The notes under the pieces were generated by a model. That model made no database searches, had not been told where the DNA came from, and worked only from the letters and a program-made list of their open reading frames with translations. From an uncultured Gammaproteobacteria bacterium (lineage in GTDB: Bacteria; Patescibacteriota; Patescibacteriia; UBA9934; GWF2-40-263), in assembly GCA_964360375.1 (NCBI GenBank), contig CAYHWG010000001.1, positions 1 to 38,201 on the forward strand: DNA of 38,201 nucleotides, given 5' to 3'. Position numbers and translations under genes: made by a program. Positions 8,040 to 15,933 of this stretch are shown here, one piece after another. Numbering within the stretch: the stretch's first letter is position 1; the number at the start of each line of letters is the position of its first letter.

Positions 8040-9251
8040 ATGTCCCCAACCATCCTCCATGTTTCCGACTACCTCGCTCTTCTCAACGAAGTCCTTCACG
8101 ACCGCGTTCCCTCGAACGAAATCTTGATCGAAGGTGAGGTTTCGGATTACCGCGTTGCTCAGCAGAAGTGGGTGAGTTTTGATTTGAAGGATGAAAAAGC
8201 CGAGGCTGTTTTGAAATGCTTCGCGACTGTTTGGCAAATCACGACGCCGATTGAAGACGGAATGCGCGTACATGTAAAAGGGTTTCCAAAAATGTATGAG
8301 CGTTTTGGTACGTTGAAACTCAACGTTCAATCGATCGAACCCGTTGGTGAGGGAGCGTTGAAACGCGCGTATGATCTTCTTAAGAAAAAATTAGAAGCCG
8401 AAGGATTATTTGATGCTTCTCGCAAGCGAACATTGCCACGATTTCCAAAGAAGATCGGACTCATTACATCTCGAGATGCAGCTGCCTACGGAGATTTTTT
8501 ACGCATCGTGAACAATCGATGGGGTGGAATTGAGATTTTGCACGCGCATGTGCATGTGCAAGGGCGAGAGGCCGTTGGTGAAATTCTTGGGGCATTTCAT
8601 TATTTCAATGCGCTTGCCCTCGAGGATCGTCCGGATGCGATTGTTCTCACTCGAGGCGGAGGAGGACTGGAGGATTTACACGCGTTCAACGATGAACAAG
8701 TTGCACGTGCTGTGTATCAATCGCTCATTCCTGTTGTGGTCGCTGTTGGACATGAACGTGATGAATCGCTCGCGGATTATGTTGCGGACTTGCGTGCAAG
8801 TACGCCATCAAACGCGGCAGAGCGTATTGTTCCATCGCGCGCGGATGTGAAGTATGAAGTTGATATGATGCTTACACATAACGAACAACAGTTGCGGTTT
8901 GTGATGGACGAGTACCGCACGGTCGCAGATAAGATTGCAACACGTGTCGGACACATTCTCGAACGTGAGCGTGATCGATTAATTACGATTCGCACACGAC
9001 TTCACGATCGTATAGAAGGTTGGTTGCCAACGATTCGAGAGTCAATCGAATCATCCGCAAGATTGCTTCGACAAGTCGATCCGACACGCATTCTCGCCCG
9101 TGGGTATGCGATTGTGCGCGTTGGCGGAGACATCGTTCGAGATACCTCGAAGCTTGCGATTGGTAAAGAGATCGCGATACAATTGGCCGGAGGTTCGCTC
9201 GACGCAGAGGTTTTACGTATAAACGGAAAAGGAAAACAAAAGTTGGTTTAG
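8040..9251 (+). CDS. xseA: Exodeoxyribonuclease VII large subunit
   Basis: MSPTILHVSDYLALLNEVL..., OB-fold N-terminus, GLITSRDAAAYGDF, TRGGGGLEDL, VGHERDES. The track ORF (7890) was trimmed to ATG 8040 because upstream codons read through the DUF559 cassette repeat. Confidence 0.85.
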   Translation: MSPTILHVSDYLALLNEVLHDRVPSNEILIEGEVSDYRVAQQKWVSFDLKDEKAEAVLKCFATVWQITTPIEDGMRVHVKGFPKMYERFGTLKLNVQSIEPVGEGALKRAYDLLKKKLEAEGLFDASRKRTLPRFPKKIGLITSRDAAAYGDFLRIVNNRWGGIEILHAHVHVQGREAVGEILGAFHYFNALALEDRPDAIVLTRGGGGLEDLHAFNDEQVARAVYQSLIPVVVAVGHERDESLADYVADLRASTPSNAAERIVPSRADVKYEVDMMLTHNEQQLRFVMDEYRTVADKIATRVGHILERERDRLITIRTRLHDRIEGWLPTIRESIESSARLLRQVDPTRILARGYAIVRVGGDIVRDTSKLAIGKEIAIQLAGGSLDAEVLRINGKGKQKLV

Positions 9252-9664
9252 TGTGTCATTGCGAGAAGGAGTCATCGACGACGAAGCAATCTTTTGTTTT
9301 TATGAAAACGTATTTTTTTTACATCATGACAAATTGGAATAACGAGGTTTTGTATATCGGAGTAACGAATCATATTGCAAGACGAGTTTTTGAACATAAA
9401 GAGAAACTCATCGAAGGATTTACAAAGAAGTACAACGTGAATAAACTGGTTTATGTTGAGTCCTGTGAGGATATACGAGACGCTCTCACAAGAGAAAAAC
9501 AATTAAAAGGAGGTTCGCGAAAAAAGAAAATTGATTTAATTATTAGCGATAACCCTCAGTGGAATGATTTGGCGCATACGTTATAAATGAAAGATTGCTT
9601 CGTACCTCGCAATGACACAATCTCAAAAAGATTGCTTCGTCGTCGAACTCCTCGCAATGACACA
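9251..9664 (+). mobile_element. gtcattgcgag-type palindromic element whose loop contains a GIY-YIG nuclease gene
   Basis: Left arm is 9251-9295 (gtgtgtcattgcgagaaggagtcatcgacgacgaagcaatctttt). Right arms are 9590-9618 and 9626-9664 (aagattgcttcg...ctcgcaatgacaca). Confidence 0.7.
9302..9586 (+). CDS. GIY-YIG nuclease family protein (UPF0213/YhbQ-like)
   Basis: YFFYIMTNWNNEVLYIGVTNHIARRVFEHK...REKQLKG. Start trimmed to ATG 9302 (upstream codons are the repeat arm). Confidence 0.85.
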   Translation: MKTYFFYIMTNWNNEVLYIGVTNHIARRVFEHKEKLIEGFTKKYNVNKLVYVESCEDIRDALTREKQLKGGSRKKKIDLIISDNPQWNDLAHTL

Positions 9665-9666
9665 CT

Positions 9667-9873
9667 ATGAAAAAACAAAATACGATTGATTTCGCAAAGT
9701 CATTTGAAGAACTGGAGAAAATCACACAGTGGTTTGATTCGGAAGAACATTTGGATTTAGACAAAGGGTTGAAGCAATTTGAGCGCGGGCTTGAGCTTGC
9801 GTCTCTTTTGAAAGAAAAATTATCCGAAGTGGAAAATAAAGTGGTGGAGATTAAGAAAAAATTTGAAGCGTAA
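9667..9873 (+). CDS. xseB: Exodeoxyribonuclease VII small subunit
   Basis: 68 aa, FEELEKITQWFDSEEHLDLDKGLKQFERGLELASLLKEKL. Confidence 0.85.
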   Translation: MKKQNTIDFAKSFEELEKITQWFDSEEHLDLDKGLKQFERGLELASLLKEKLSEVENKVVEIKKKFEA

Positions 9874-10225
9874 ACATATGCAACTTTTATTACGTTGGCT
9901 TTTGAACACACTTGCTCTGATGGTGGTAGCAAACATTGTGCCGGGCATTCACATCGACACGTTTTACCATGCGCTCATAGCTGCACTTATTTTAGGACTC
10001 GCAAACGCACTCGTTCGCCCAATTTTAATTATACTCACATTGCCTGTCACGATTCTTACGCTCGGGTTATTTATTTTCGTGATCAACGCGCTCATGATTT
10101 TATTTGCAAGCTCGATCGTCAAGGGGTTTACCGTGACAGGATTTGTTCCGGCGTTTCTTGCCGCGATCGTCTTTTGGTTTATGAGCATGGTGACAAACTG
10201 GTTTATTCAATCAACAGAAAAGTAA
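9863..10225 (+). CDS. Four-TM membrane protein of the DUF360 / holin superfamily IV type
   Basis: LNTLALMVVANIVPGIHI...LANALVRPILIILTLPVTILTLGLF. ATG 9878 is an alternative start. Confidence 0.65.
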   Translation: MKRKHMQLLLRWLLNTLALMVVANIVPGIHIDTFYHALIAALILGLANALVRPILIILTLPVTILTLGLFIFVINALMILFASSIVKGFTVTGFVPAFLAAIVFWFMSMVTNWFIQSTEK

Positions 10226-10249
10226 AACGCCATGCGGCATTTTTTTATC

Positions 10250-10330
10250 GTGTCATTGCGAGCGCAGCGAAGCAATCTTTTCTACGGGACGCGCAAGATT
10301 GCTTCGTCGTCTGACTCCTCGCAATGACAA
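10250..10330. repeat. gtcattgcgag-type palindromic repeat (short, ORF-less copy)
   Basis: tgtcattgcgagcgcagcgaagcaatctttt...aagattgcttcgtcgtctgactcctcgcaatgaca. Confidence 0.85.
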
Positions 10331-11034
10331 ACTTTATGATGAAACACGAAAATATCTTTATTCTCTCGGTCGGTGGTTCTCTCGTTGTTCCAAAAGAAGG
10401 AATTGATCATGTGTTTCTTTCTGAGTTTCACAAACTGATTACACGAGAAATAAAAAAAGGATGGAGGTTTGTTATTGTGGTTGGTGGGGGAGCAACAGCA
10501 AGAGCGTATCAGTCAGCTGCGCGTAACGTTGGAAAACTTACAACCGATGATGCAGATTGGCTTGGAATTCACGCGACGCGATTGAATGGACATTTAATGC
10601 GCACACTTTTTCGCGATGTTGCGCACCCAATCATGATAAAAGATCCATCGCGTCCGATTGTGAAATGGAAAGGTTCCGTGCTCGTTGCGGCTGGGTGGAA
10701 ACCTGGATGGTCGACGGATTATGTTGCGACACGTCTTGCAAAACAGATGAAAGCAACTACGATTATTAATCTTTCAAATATTGATTACGTCTACAACAAA
10801 GATCCAAACAAGTTTTTGGATGCAGAAAAAATCTGTGAGATTTCATGGAAAGATTTTCGTAAAATGGTCGGCAATGTTTGGGATCCTGGTATGAATGTTC
10901 CGTTTGATCCGGTTGCGTCCCGGCTTGCCGAGCAATCCGGCATGACCGTTGCCATTGTGAACGGAACAAATTTAAAAAATTTACAAAACGTCATCGAAGG
11001 AAAACGTTTTGTTGGAACGGTTATACGAGTTTAG
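10324..11034 (+). CDS. pyrH: UMP kinase, archaeal-type
   Basis: LSVGGSLVVPKEG, FVIVVGGGATARAY, LGIHATRLNGHL. The true start is probably ATG 10336, because 10324 lies in the repeat arm. Confidence 0.8.
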   Translation: MTNFMMKHENIFILSVGGSLVVPKEGIDHVFLSEFHKLITREIKKGWRFVIVVGGGATARAYQSAARNVGKLTTDDADWLGIHATRLNGHLMRTLFRDVAHPIMIKDPSRPIVKWKGSVLVAAGWKPGWSTDYVATRLAKQMKATTIINLSNIDYVYNKDPNKFLDAEKICEISWKDFRKMVGNVWDPGMNVPFDPVASRLAEQSGMTVAIVNGTNLKNLQNVIEGKRFVGTVIRV

Positions 11035-11053
11035 AATGTAGGTCTGCGGAAGA

Positions 11054-11193
11054 GAGATCGTTGAAAAACTTCAAATTGTGTCATTGCGAGGAGGAGTCAT
11101 CGACGACGAAGCAATCTTTTCTTCGGAAATACAAGGATTGCTTCGTCGTCGAACTCCTCGTAATGACAAAAAGATGAGTTTTTCAACGGTCTC
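11054..11193. repeat. Full-length MITE-like copy of the gtcattgcgag element with outer inverted repeat gagatcgttgaaaaact / agtttttcaacggtctc
   Basis: Nested inverted repeats read directly. Same outer arms at 31214-31353 and on the right side of 34870-35038. Confidence 0.8.
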
Positions 11194-11275
11194 GAAGATC
11201 GATTGACAAAATCGATCTTTTATGTTATGTTGAATCGTCCAATCTTGGACCAAATCAAAATCTCGAGGAGGGATT

Positions 11276-12136
11276 ATGAAGATTGATGTGTCTGTCATCA
11301 TGACCCCCGCACACGGGAAAATCATTTCAGAAGATGCGTTTCGCGTGAGCCAAAAGTCAACCGTTCCATTTTTTGTAACCGTTGTCGATGGGCATGGTCC
11401 AGGTCATTTGTTGAATGCGGAAACATCTGGTTTTTCACAATTTGTGGCAGATCAGTTGTCAAAGTTGTTTCAACAGAAAAAAAATGCAAATGCATTCGAT
11501 GATATTTTTGATTGCGTGCAAAAACAAGTATCGGTGATGTATGGAGATTTACCGTTCGGTGCGGTTGCAAGCTGCTTGTGCATTCAACCTGACAGTCTGA
11601 CGATCGCTCAAGCAGGAGATTGTCGATTGTATCGGTTTGATGTCGAAGAAGAGTGCGGATATACCTTGTTGACACAAGATCATTGTGTCGAGAACGCCAA
11701 AGAAATGATTCGTTTGCGCCCGTTTTATCAAACAGGACAGTTTGCTCCTATTGGAAATGGTTACGATGACTGGATGTCCGCTTTTCCCGAAGAGCGATTG
11801 CATTACAAAACAAAAGAAGGAAATTGGTCTACAAGTTCACTTGAACCTACACGTGGATTCGGTGATCCGGAATTTCATCCGGCATTTACACATGTCCCAG
11901 AAATTCGTTCGGTCGCGTTTGATGCCACACAGGAAGTCTTGTACGGATTTTGCTCTGACGGTGGGGCAAAAATTTTGCAGGAAGTGTTCAAATATACGCG
12001 TTGGAACGGAGGATGTCGAGATGAAGGATTTTTGGAACGTGTCTCCGCCACAACAAAAATGTTCATTCCGAATAAGCCAGAGGATGATGTGACGATCATT
12101 CTTCTCCGCATTCAACCAAACCTACCGACCTCGTAA
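11276..12136 (+). CDS. PP2C-family Ser/Thr protein phosphatase
   Basis: EDAF, VVDGHGPGH, AQAGDCRLY, TRGFGD, CSDGG and EDDVT motifs. Confidence 0.7.
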   Translation: MKIDVSVIMTPAHGKIISEDAFRVSQKSTVPFFVTVVDGHGPGHLLNAETSGFSQFVADQLSKLFQQKKNANAFDDIFDCVQKQVSVMYGDLPFGAVASCLCIQPDSLTIAQAGDCRLYRFDVEEECGYTLLTQDHCVENAKEMIRLRPFYQTGQFAPIGNGYDDWMSAFPEERLHYKTKEGNWSTSSLEPTRGFGDPEFHPAFTHVPEIRSVAFDATQEVLYGFCSDGGAKILQEVFKYTRWNGGCRDEGFLERVSATTKMFIPNKPEDDVTIILLRIQPNLPTS

Positions 12137-12228
12137 AGGCCGGTTTTTATATTGACAAGGAGAATTATGTGTGTGATGATCGTTTTGCAACAGATAACCT
12201 GTATGCGTTTCAGTGGGAGAAACAGAAG

Positions 12229-12720
12229 ATGAAAATGCTCTTTTTGGTCCTGATCGCGATCGTCCTGTGTGCAGCCTGCGATTCAGGTGATTTCAAGACA
12301 AAGCTCGTCGCATCGAATGCGCAAGCAAGTGCGACAGGTTCATCGAGCTATTTGCAGGTTGCCTATGCAACTAACAAGAATCGGACACTCACGATTCAGT
12401 TTGATTCCAATCTGGAACCGAACGGTCCCTACTGGGATCCTGTTCTCACGAGTTCTGGTTCCGCAGATCATGTCATCACACGCTTTCAAGATCCGTCTGT
12501 GCAATCAGGAAAAACCTTGCATGTTTACTTCAATGTGACAGAGCAGGGGAGTCCAAACAATACCTGGTACTGTGATTTCAATCGAAATCAAAATCAACCG
12601 CTTGACCAAAACGCAAAGGTCACCATTAGTCTCTTTGGAAAAACCTACAACGATTCGTCGGTGAAGTGGGCGCCTTCCTCAAAGGGGGGTTGTGCCGGCT
12701 TGATCGATATCAAACCCTAA
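12229..12720 (+). CDS. Hypothetical lipoprotein
   Basis: MKMLFLVLIAIVLCAAC signal/lipobox. Start trimmed to ATG 12229. Terminator hairpin ctcgtcttc...gacgag with T-run follows. Confidence 0.6.
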   Translation: MKMLFLVLIAIVLCAACDSGDFKTKLVASNAQASATGSSSYLQVAYATNKNRTLTIQFDSNLEPNGPYWDPVLTSSGSADHVITRFQDPSVQSGKTLHVYFNVTEQGSPNNTWYCDFNRNQNQPLDQNAKVTISLFGKTYNDSSVKWAPSSKGGCAGLIDIKP

Positions 12721-12818
12721 AGGGTTCTCTCTCGTCTTCAGAAAAAAAGACGAGTTTTTATTTACAGAAAAAAGTTTTTTTGTTATTGTGGACTTCTTCC
12801 ATTTTTTCGGAGGGTGAT

Positions 12819-13649
12819 ATGTTGATAGAGAAATGTGTCATTACTTTTCCCAAAAGGCGGGAGAAGGTCTCGGAAGATTGTCATGTGGTCGGTCGATCGC
12901 ATGACGGCTCATTTTTTGCGGCCGTGGTCGACGGACATGGGGCGGAACATTTGCACCAAAAGATTGTTCGATTCACTGCATGTGCGACTGGTCAGCTTGC
13001 AGAACGTTTTGTCACAAAAAAAGACATGTTTTCGTTTCCGGAAATTTTTACGGAGACGGATCGTCACCTCACACAAGAATTCGGTGGTGAGCAAATCGGT
13101 GCGGTTGCCACGTGTGTCGTGATTGAACCTGCCTTTATGACGATCGCCCAAGTTGGTGATTGTCGTGTGATGCAATTTGATCCCATGTGGCATGATGGTT
13201 TGCGTCTGATTACTCGCGATCACAACTGCGAGAACCCACTTGAATATGATCGCTTGAGGCCGTTGTTTCAAACGGGAACATTTCGGCGCGTATGCTACGG
13301 ACCGGAAGGTTACACGTTTTTTCGACTCCATCGTGCCTGTCAAGGTATGCCACTTGTGAGTGCTTCTCTTGCAATGACGCGCGGATTTGGAAATGCGGAG
13401 TTTCGTCCTGCATTCATTCAGACTCCGGAAATTCGATCAGTGCCTTTTCACGATCATGTCACAACTTTGTTTGCTCTTTGTTCGGATGGAGGAGCGGAAA
13501 CGGTTCGAAAGACATTTAAGTTTCTCAAAAAGCATGCAATTGATGTGTCGAGACTCGATACATCATCACTCGAGAAGATCGCTCGTCGCAAATCACCGCT
13601 TCGTCCGGATGATGATGTGACGGCGATTTTTCTCAAGGTTTCGCCTTAA
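12819..13649 (+). CDS. PP2C-family Ser/Thr protein phosphatase (paralog of 11276-12136)
   Basis: AVVDGHGAEH, AQVGDCRVMQ, TRGFGN, CSDGG, DDDVT. ATG 12819 behind GGAGGG. Confidence 0.7.
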   Translation: MLIEKCVITFPKRREKVSEDCHVVGRSHDGSFFAAVVDGHGAEHLHQKIVRFTACATGQLAERFVTKKDMFSFPEIFTETDRHLTQEFGGEQIGAVATCVVIEPAFMTIAQVGDCRVMQFDPMWHDGLRLITRDHNCENPLEYDRLRPLFQTGTFRRVCYGPEGYTFFRLHRACQGMPLVSASLAMTRGFGNAEFRPAFIQTPEIRSVPFHDHVTTLFALCSDGGAETVRKTFKFLKKHAIDVSRLDTSSLEKIARRKSPLRPDDDVTAIFLKVSP

Positions 13650-13755
13650 CCGATTCTTTCAGGAGTCGGTTTTTTGTTGAGTTTTAGACTACGCGGTTTG
13701 CCAATTCATCTTTCAAAAGGTATGATTTCTCCTGTGAGATCCCACATTTCTTTTT

Positions 13756-14043
13756 ATGGACATTCAAAAAACTATTCAGGCTGTTGCAAAAAAAACAAAA
13801 TCAGAACTTCCATTTGGGTATCGGGTTGTGCTTTTTGGTTCGTGGGCTGAAGGCAATGCACAGGCAGGATCGGATATTGATATCGGCATTTTGGGAAAGA
13901 AACCGTTATCTCAACGTACGTTGGTTCAAATTCGTCAGAAAGTGGATGCTGTTCCGACGTTGCGTAAGATTGATATTGTTGATTTAGCAAGTACTTCAGA
14001 ACGCTTTCGAACACGGGCGCTTAAGCACGCAAAACAATTATGA
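13756..14043 (+). CDS. Minimal nucleotidyltransferase (MNT / HI0073-like)
   Basis: LFGSWAEGNAQAGSDIDIGI NTase signature, 95 aa. Confidence 0.8.
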   Translation: MDIQKTIQAVAKKTKSELPFGYRVVLFGSWAEGNAQAGSDIDIGILGKKPLSQRTLVQIRQKVDAVPTLRKIDIVDLASTSERFRTRALKHAKQL

Positions 14044-14405
14044 ACGAACGCATTGAGTCATTTCATCAAGCCATCAAACGTTTGGAAGAAGCACTCGCAG
14101 AATCGGAAACCTCCTTAAACAGAGATGCCTCTATTCAGCGATTTGAGTTTACTGTGGAGCTTGCATGGAAATCCATCCAAAAATTTCTTGCCGCACAGCA
14201 AATTATTTGCCAATCTCCCAAATCTTGTTTTCAGGAAGCGTTTCAATTTGGTCTTATTGAGGATGATGAAAAATGGATTCTGATGATGGATGATCGAAAT
14301 TTAACCGTTCATACGTATAATCAGGAGTTGGCAAAGGAAATTTATAATCGTTTGTCCGGATATATACCTCTTTTGAATGCCTTATATGTTAAATTGTCTT
14401 CTTAA
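14040..14405 (+). CDS. Nucleotidyltransferase substrate-binding protein, HI0074-like (HEPN-type partner)
   Basis: RFEFTVELAWKSIQKFL...DDRNLTVHTYN. ATGA start/stop overlap with the upstream NTase gene. Confidence 0.75.
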   Translation: MNERIESFHQAIKRLEEALAESETSLNRDASIQRFEFTVELAWKSIQKFLAAQQIICQSPKSCFQEAFQFGLIEDDEKWILMMDDRNLTVHTYNQELAKEIYNRLSGYIPLLNALYVKLSS

Positions 14406-14426
14406 ATAGAATACGCGGCTCTGCAT

Positions 14427-14455
14427 TTGACACAATTTCAGTTTCTCTCTATTCT
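14427..14455 (+). promoter_or_regulatory. Candidate promoter of the rplJ-rplL operon
   Basis: TTGACA, 17 nt, TATTCT. Confidence 0.5.
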
Positions 14456-14459
14456 ATTC

Positions 14460-14681
14460 ACAAATCCATTCGCCCAAGACAACAGGTTTCCGCCAAAGGC
14501 GGAGTAAGTCCTGTCGAGGTGAAACAAGTATCGTTTTTCGATACGTTTCATGTAGTCCAGGCGAGAGCTTGGATTTTTGTTTCGCTTAAGCGAAACAACC
14601 CTCCGTAGCTCCGCAAGGAGCGAAGGATGGGTACAATTAAAGGTCGAATATTTAAAAATCTTCTCAATTCTTTCCCTCACT
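14460..14681 (+). promoter_or_regulatory. Structured 5-prime leader of rplJ (L10-leader-like autoregulatory RNA)
   Basis: About 220 nt between promoter and rplJ. Stacked hairpins: acagg..ccgccaaaggcgg..cctgt (14482-14512), gtatcgtttttcgatac (14528-14544), gtttcgcttaagcgaaac (14579-14596), gctccGCAAggagc (14608-14621). Confidence 0.5.
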
Positions 14682-15203
14682 ATGCCAAAAACACGTGCTC
14701 AGAAACAAGTCATGATCGACGAACTTGCGGATAAGTTTGGAAAAATGAAATCCGTTGTGTTCACTTCCGTTTCCGGTTTTACCATGAGTGATGCAGACAC
14801 ACTTCGTGCAAAAGGTCGTGCGGAATTTGTAGATTTTTTGGTGACAAAAAAAACCCTTCTCGTTCGCGCGCTTGAACAAAAAGGAATCACCCTCTCAAAA
14901 GATGTTGTAGATGGAAGTATTTTAACTGCCATCAGCTATATCGATGAAGTTGCTCCGGCAAAAATCGTGAAAGATTTCTCAAAAGGACGAGAAGGCTTCA
15001 AGATGGTTGCGGGAATCCTCGAAGGTTCCTTCGTCGATAGTGCAGCGGTTAATCAACTCGCAAGCTTGCCAAGTAAACAAGAGCTTCTTGCCAAACTTGT
15101 CGGTTCTCTCAACGCTCCGATTTCCGGCTTTGTCAATGTACTTGCCGGTAATCTCCGCGGCTTGGTATGCGTTTTAAACGCGATTCAAGAAAAAAAAGTT
15201 TAA
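14682..15203 (+). CDS. rplJ: 50S ribosomal protein L10
   Basis: MPKTRAQKQVMIDELADKFGKMKSVVFTSVSGFT...; followed by rplL. Confidence 0.9.
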   Translation: MPKTRAQKQVMIDELADKFGKMKSVVFTSVSGFTMSDADTLRAKGRAEFVDFLVTKKTLLVRALEQKGITLSKDVVDGSILTAISYIDEVAPAKIVKDFSKGREGFKMVAGILEGSFVDSAAVNQLASLPSKQELLAKLVGSLNAPISGFVNVLAGNLRGLVCVLNAIQEKKV

Positions 15204-15214
15204 ATTATTTTTTA

Positions 15215-15307
15215 TTGTCATTCCGACCGAGGAGTCATCGACGAGCGGAGGAATCTCGCGAATACGTGAGATCCTTCGACTGCGCTGCGCTTCGCTCAGG
15301 ATGACAC
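15215..15307. repeat. Variant palindromic repeat (gtcattccgac...ctcaggatgacaca) between rplJ and rplL
   Basis: Inverted arms read directly. A solo right arm of the same variant is at about 1296-1330. Confidence 0.75.
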
Positions 15308-15317
15308 AAACAACATT

Positions 15318-15716
15318 ATGGAAATGGAAAACGTAGAAGTTCCAGCAAAGTTTAAAGCGCTCGTTGAAAGTGTTGAACAAATGTCTGTACTTGACCTTGC
15401 AGAACTCGTAAAACTTCTCGAAAAGAAATTCGGTGTGAGCGCAGCGGCTCCCGCTATGATGATGGCAGCAGGTGCCGCAGCAGGAGCTCCAGCCGCAGAA
15501 GAGAAAACATCTTTTGATGTCGAACTCACTGCTTGTGGAGACAACAAAATTGGCGTGATTAAAGTTGTACGCGAAGTCACCGGTCTTGGACTCAAAGAAG
15601 CAAAAGATTTGGTTGATGGCGCACCAAAAGTTGTAAAAGAAGGTTTGTCCAAAGATCAAGCAGAAGAAATGAAAAAGAAATTAACAGACGCAGGCGGAAC
15701 AGCGGTCATCAAGTAA
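15318..15716 (+). CDS. rplL: 50S ribosomal protein L7/L12
   Basis: Ala-rich hinge [21 protein letters not shown] and C-terminal [36 protein letters not shown]. Confidence 0.9.
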   Translation: MEMENVEVPAKFKALVESVEQMSVLDLAELVKLLEKKFGVSAAAPAMMMAAGAAAGAPAAEEKTSFDVELTACGDNKIGVIKVVREVTGLGLKEAKDLVDGAPKVVKEGLSKDQAEEMKKKLTDAGGTAVIK

Positions 15717-15724
15717 AATTAATT

Positions 15725-15754
15725 ATCCGCGTTTCATGCGCGGATTTTAATTTT
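15725..15754 (+). terminator. rplL terminator
   Basis: atccgcg-tttcatg-cgcggat followed by ttttaatttt. Confidence 0.65.
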
Positions 15755-15824
15755 ATCCTGAGCGAGTTCGACGAGTCGAAGGATCTCATCCACAAAATCG
15801 CTGTAAAAGGCGATTTTTTTGTTT

Positions 15825-15858
15825 CCCCCTCCTTCACAAGGAGGGGGTGAGGGGGTGG
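15825..15858. repeat. Solo hairpin ccccctccttcacaaggagggggtgagggggtgg, same family as the DUF559 cassette arms
   Basis: Shares the CCCTCC-loop-GGAGGG-G-T(G/T)AGGG(A/G)GGGGTG architecture with 7567-7611. Confidence 0.6.
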
Positions 15859-15864
15859 TCTTGA

Positions 15865-15893
15865 TTGACAGATTCTCGTTTTTCTGGTAAAAA
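15865..15893 (+). promoter_or_regulatory. Candidate promoter driving the hairpin array and the IS110-like gene
   Basis: TTGACA (15865-15870), 17 nt, TAAAAA (15888-15893). Confidence 0.45.
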
Positions 15894-15933
15894 CTCAGGT
15901 CGCGTTTTCAATCAAATAATTGTCGATTTGCTT

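Noticed and set aside
15174-15659. 161-aa and 118-aa minus-strand ORFs antisense to rplL
   Set aside because: They are the mirror image of a highly conserved ribosomal protein gene and its Ala-rich hinge. Classic shadow ORFs.
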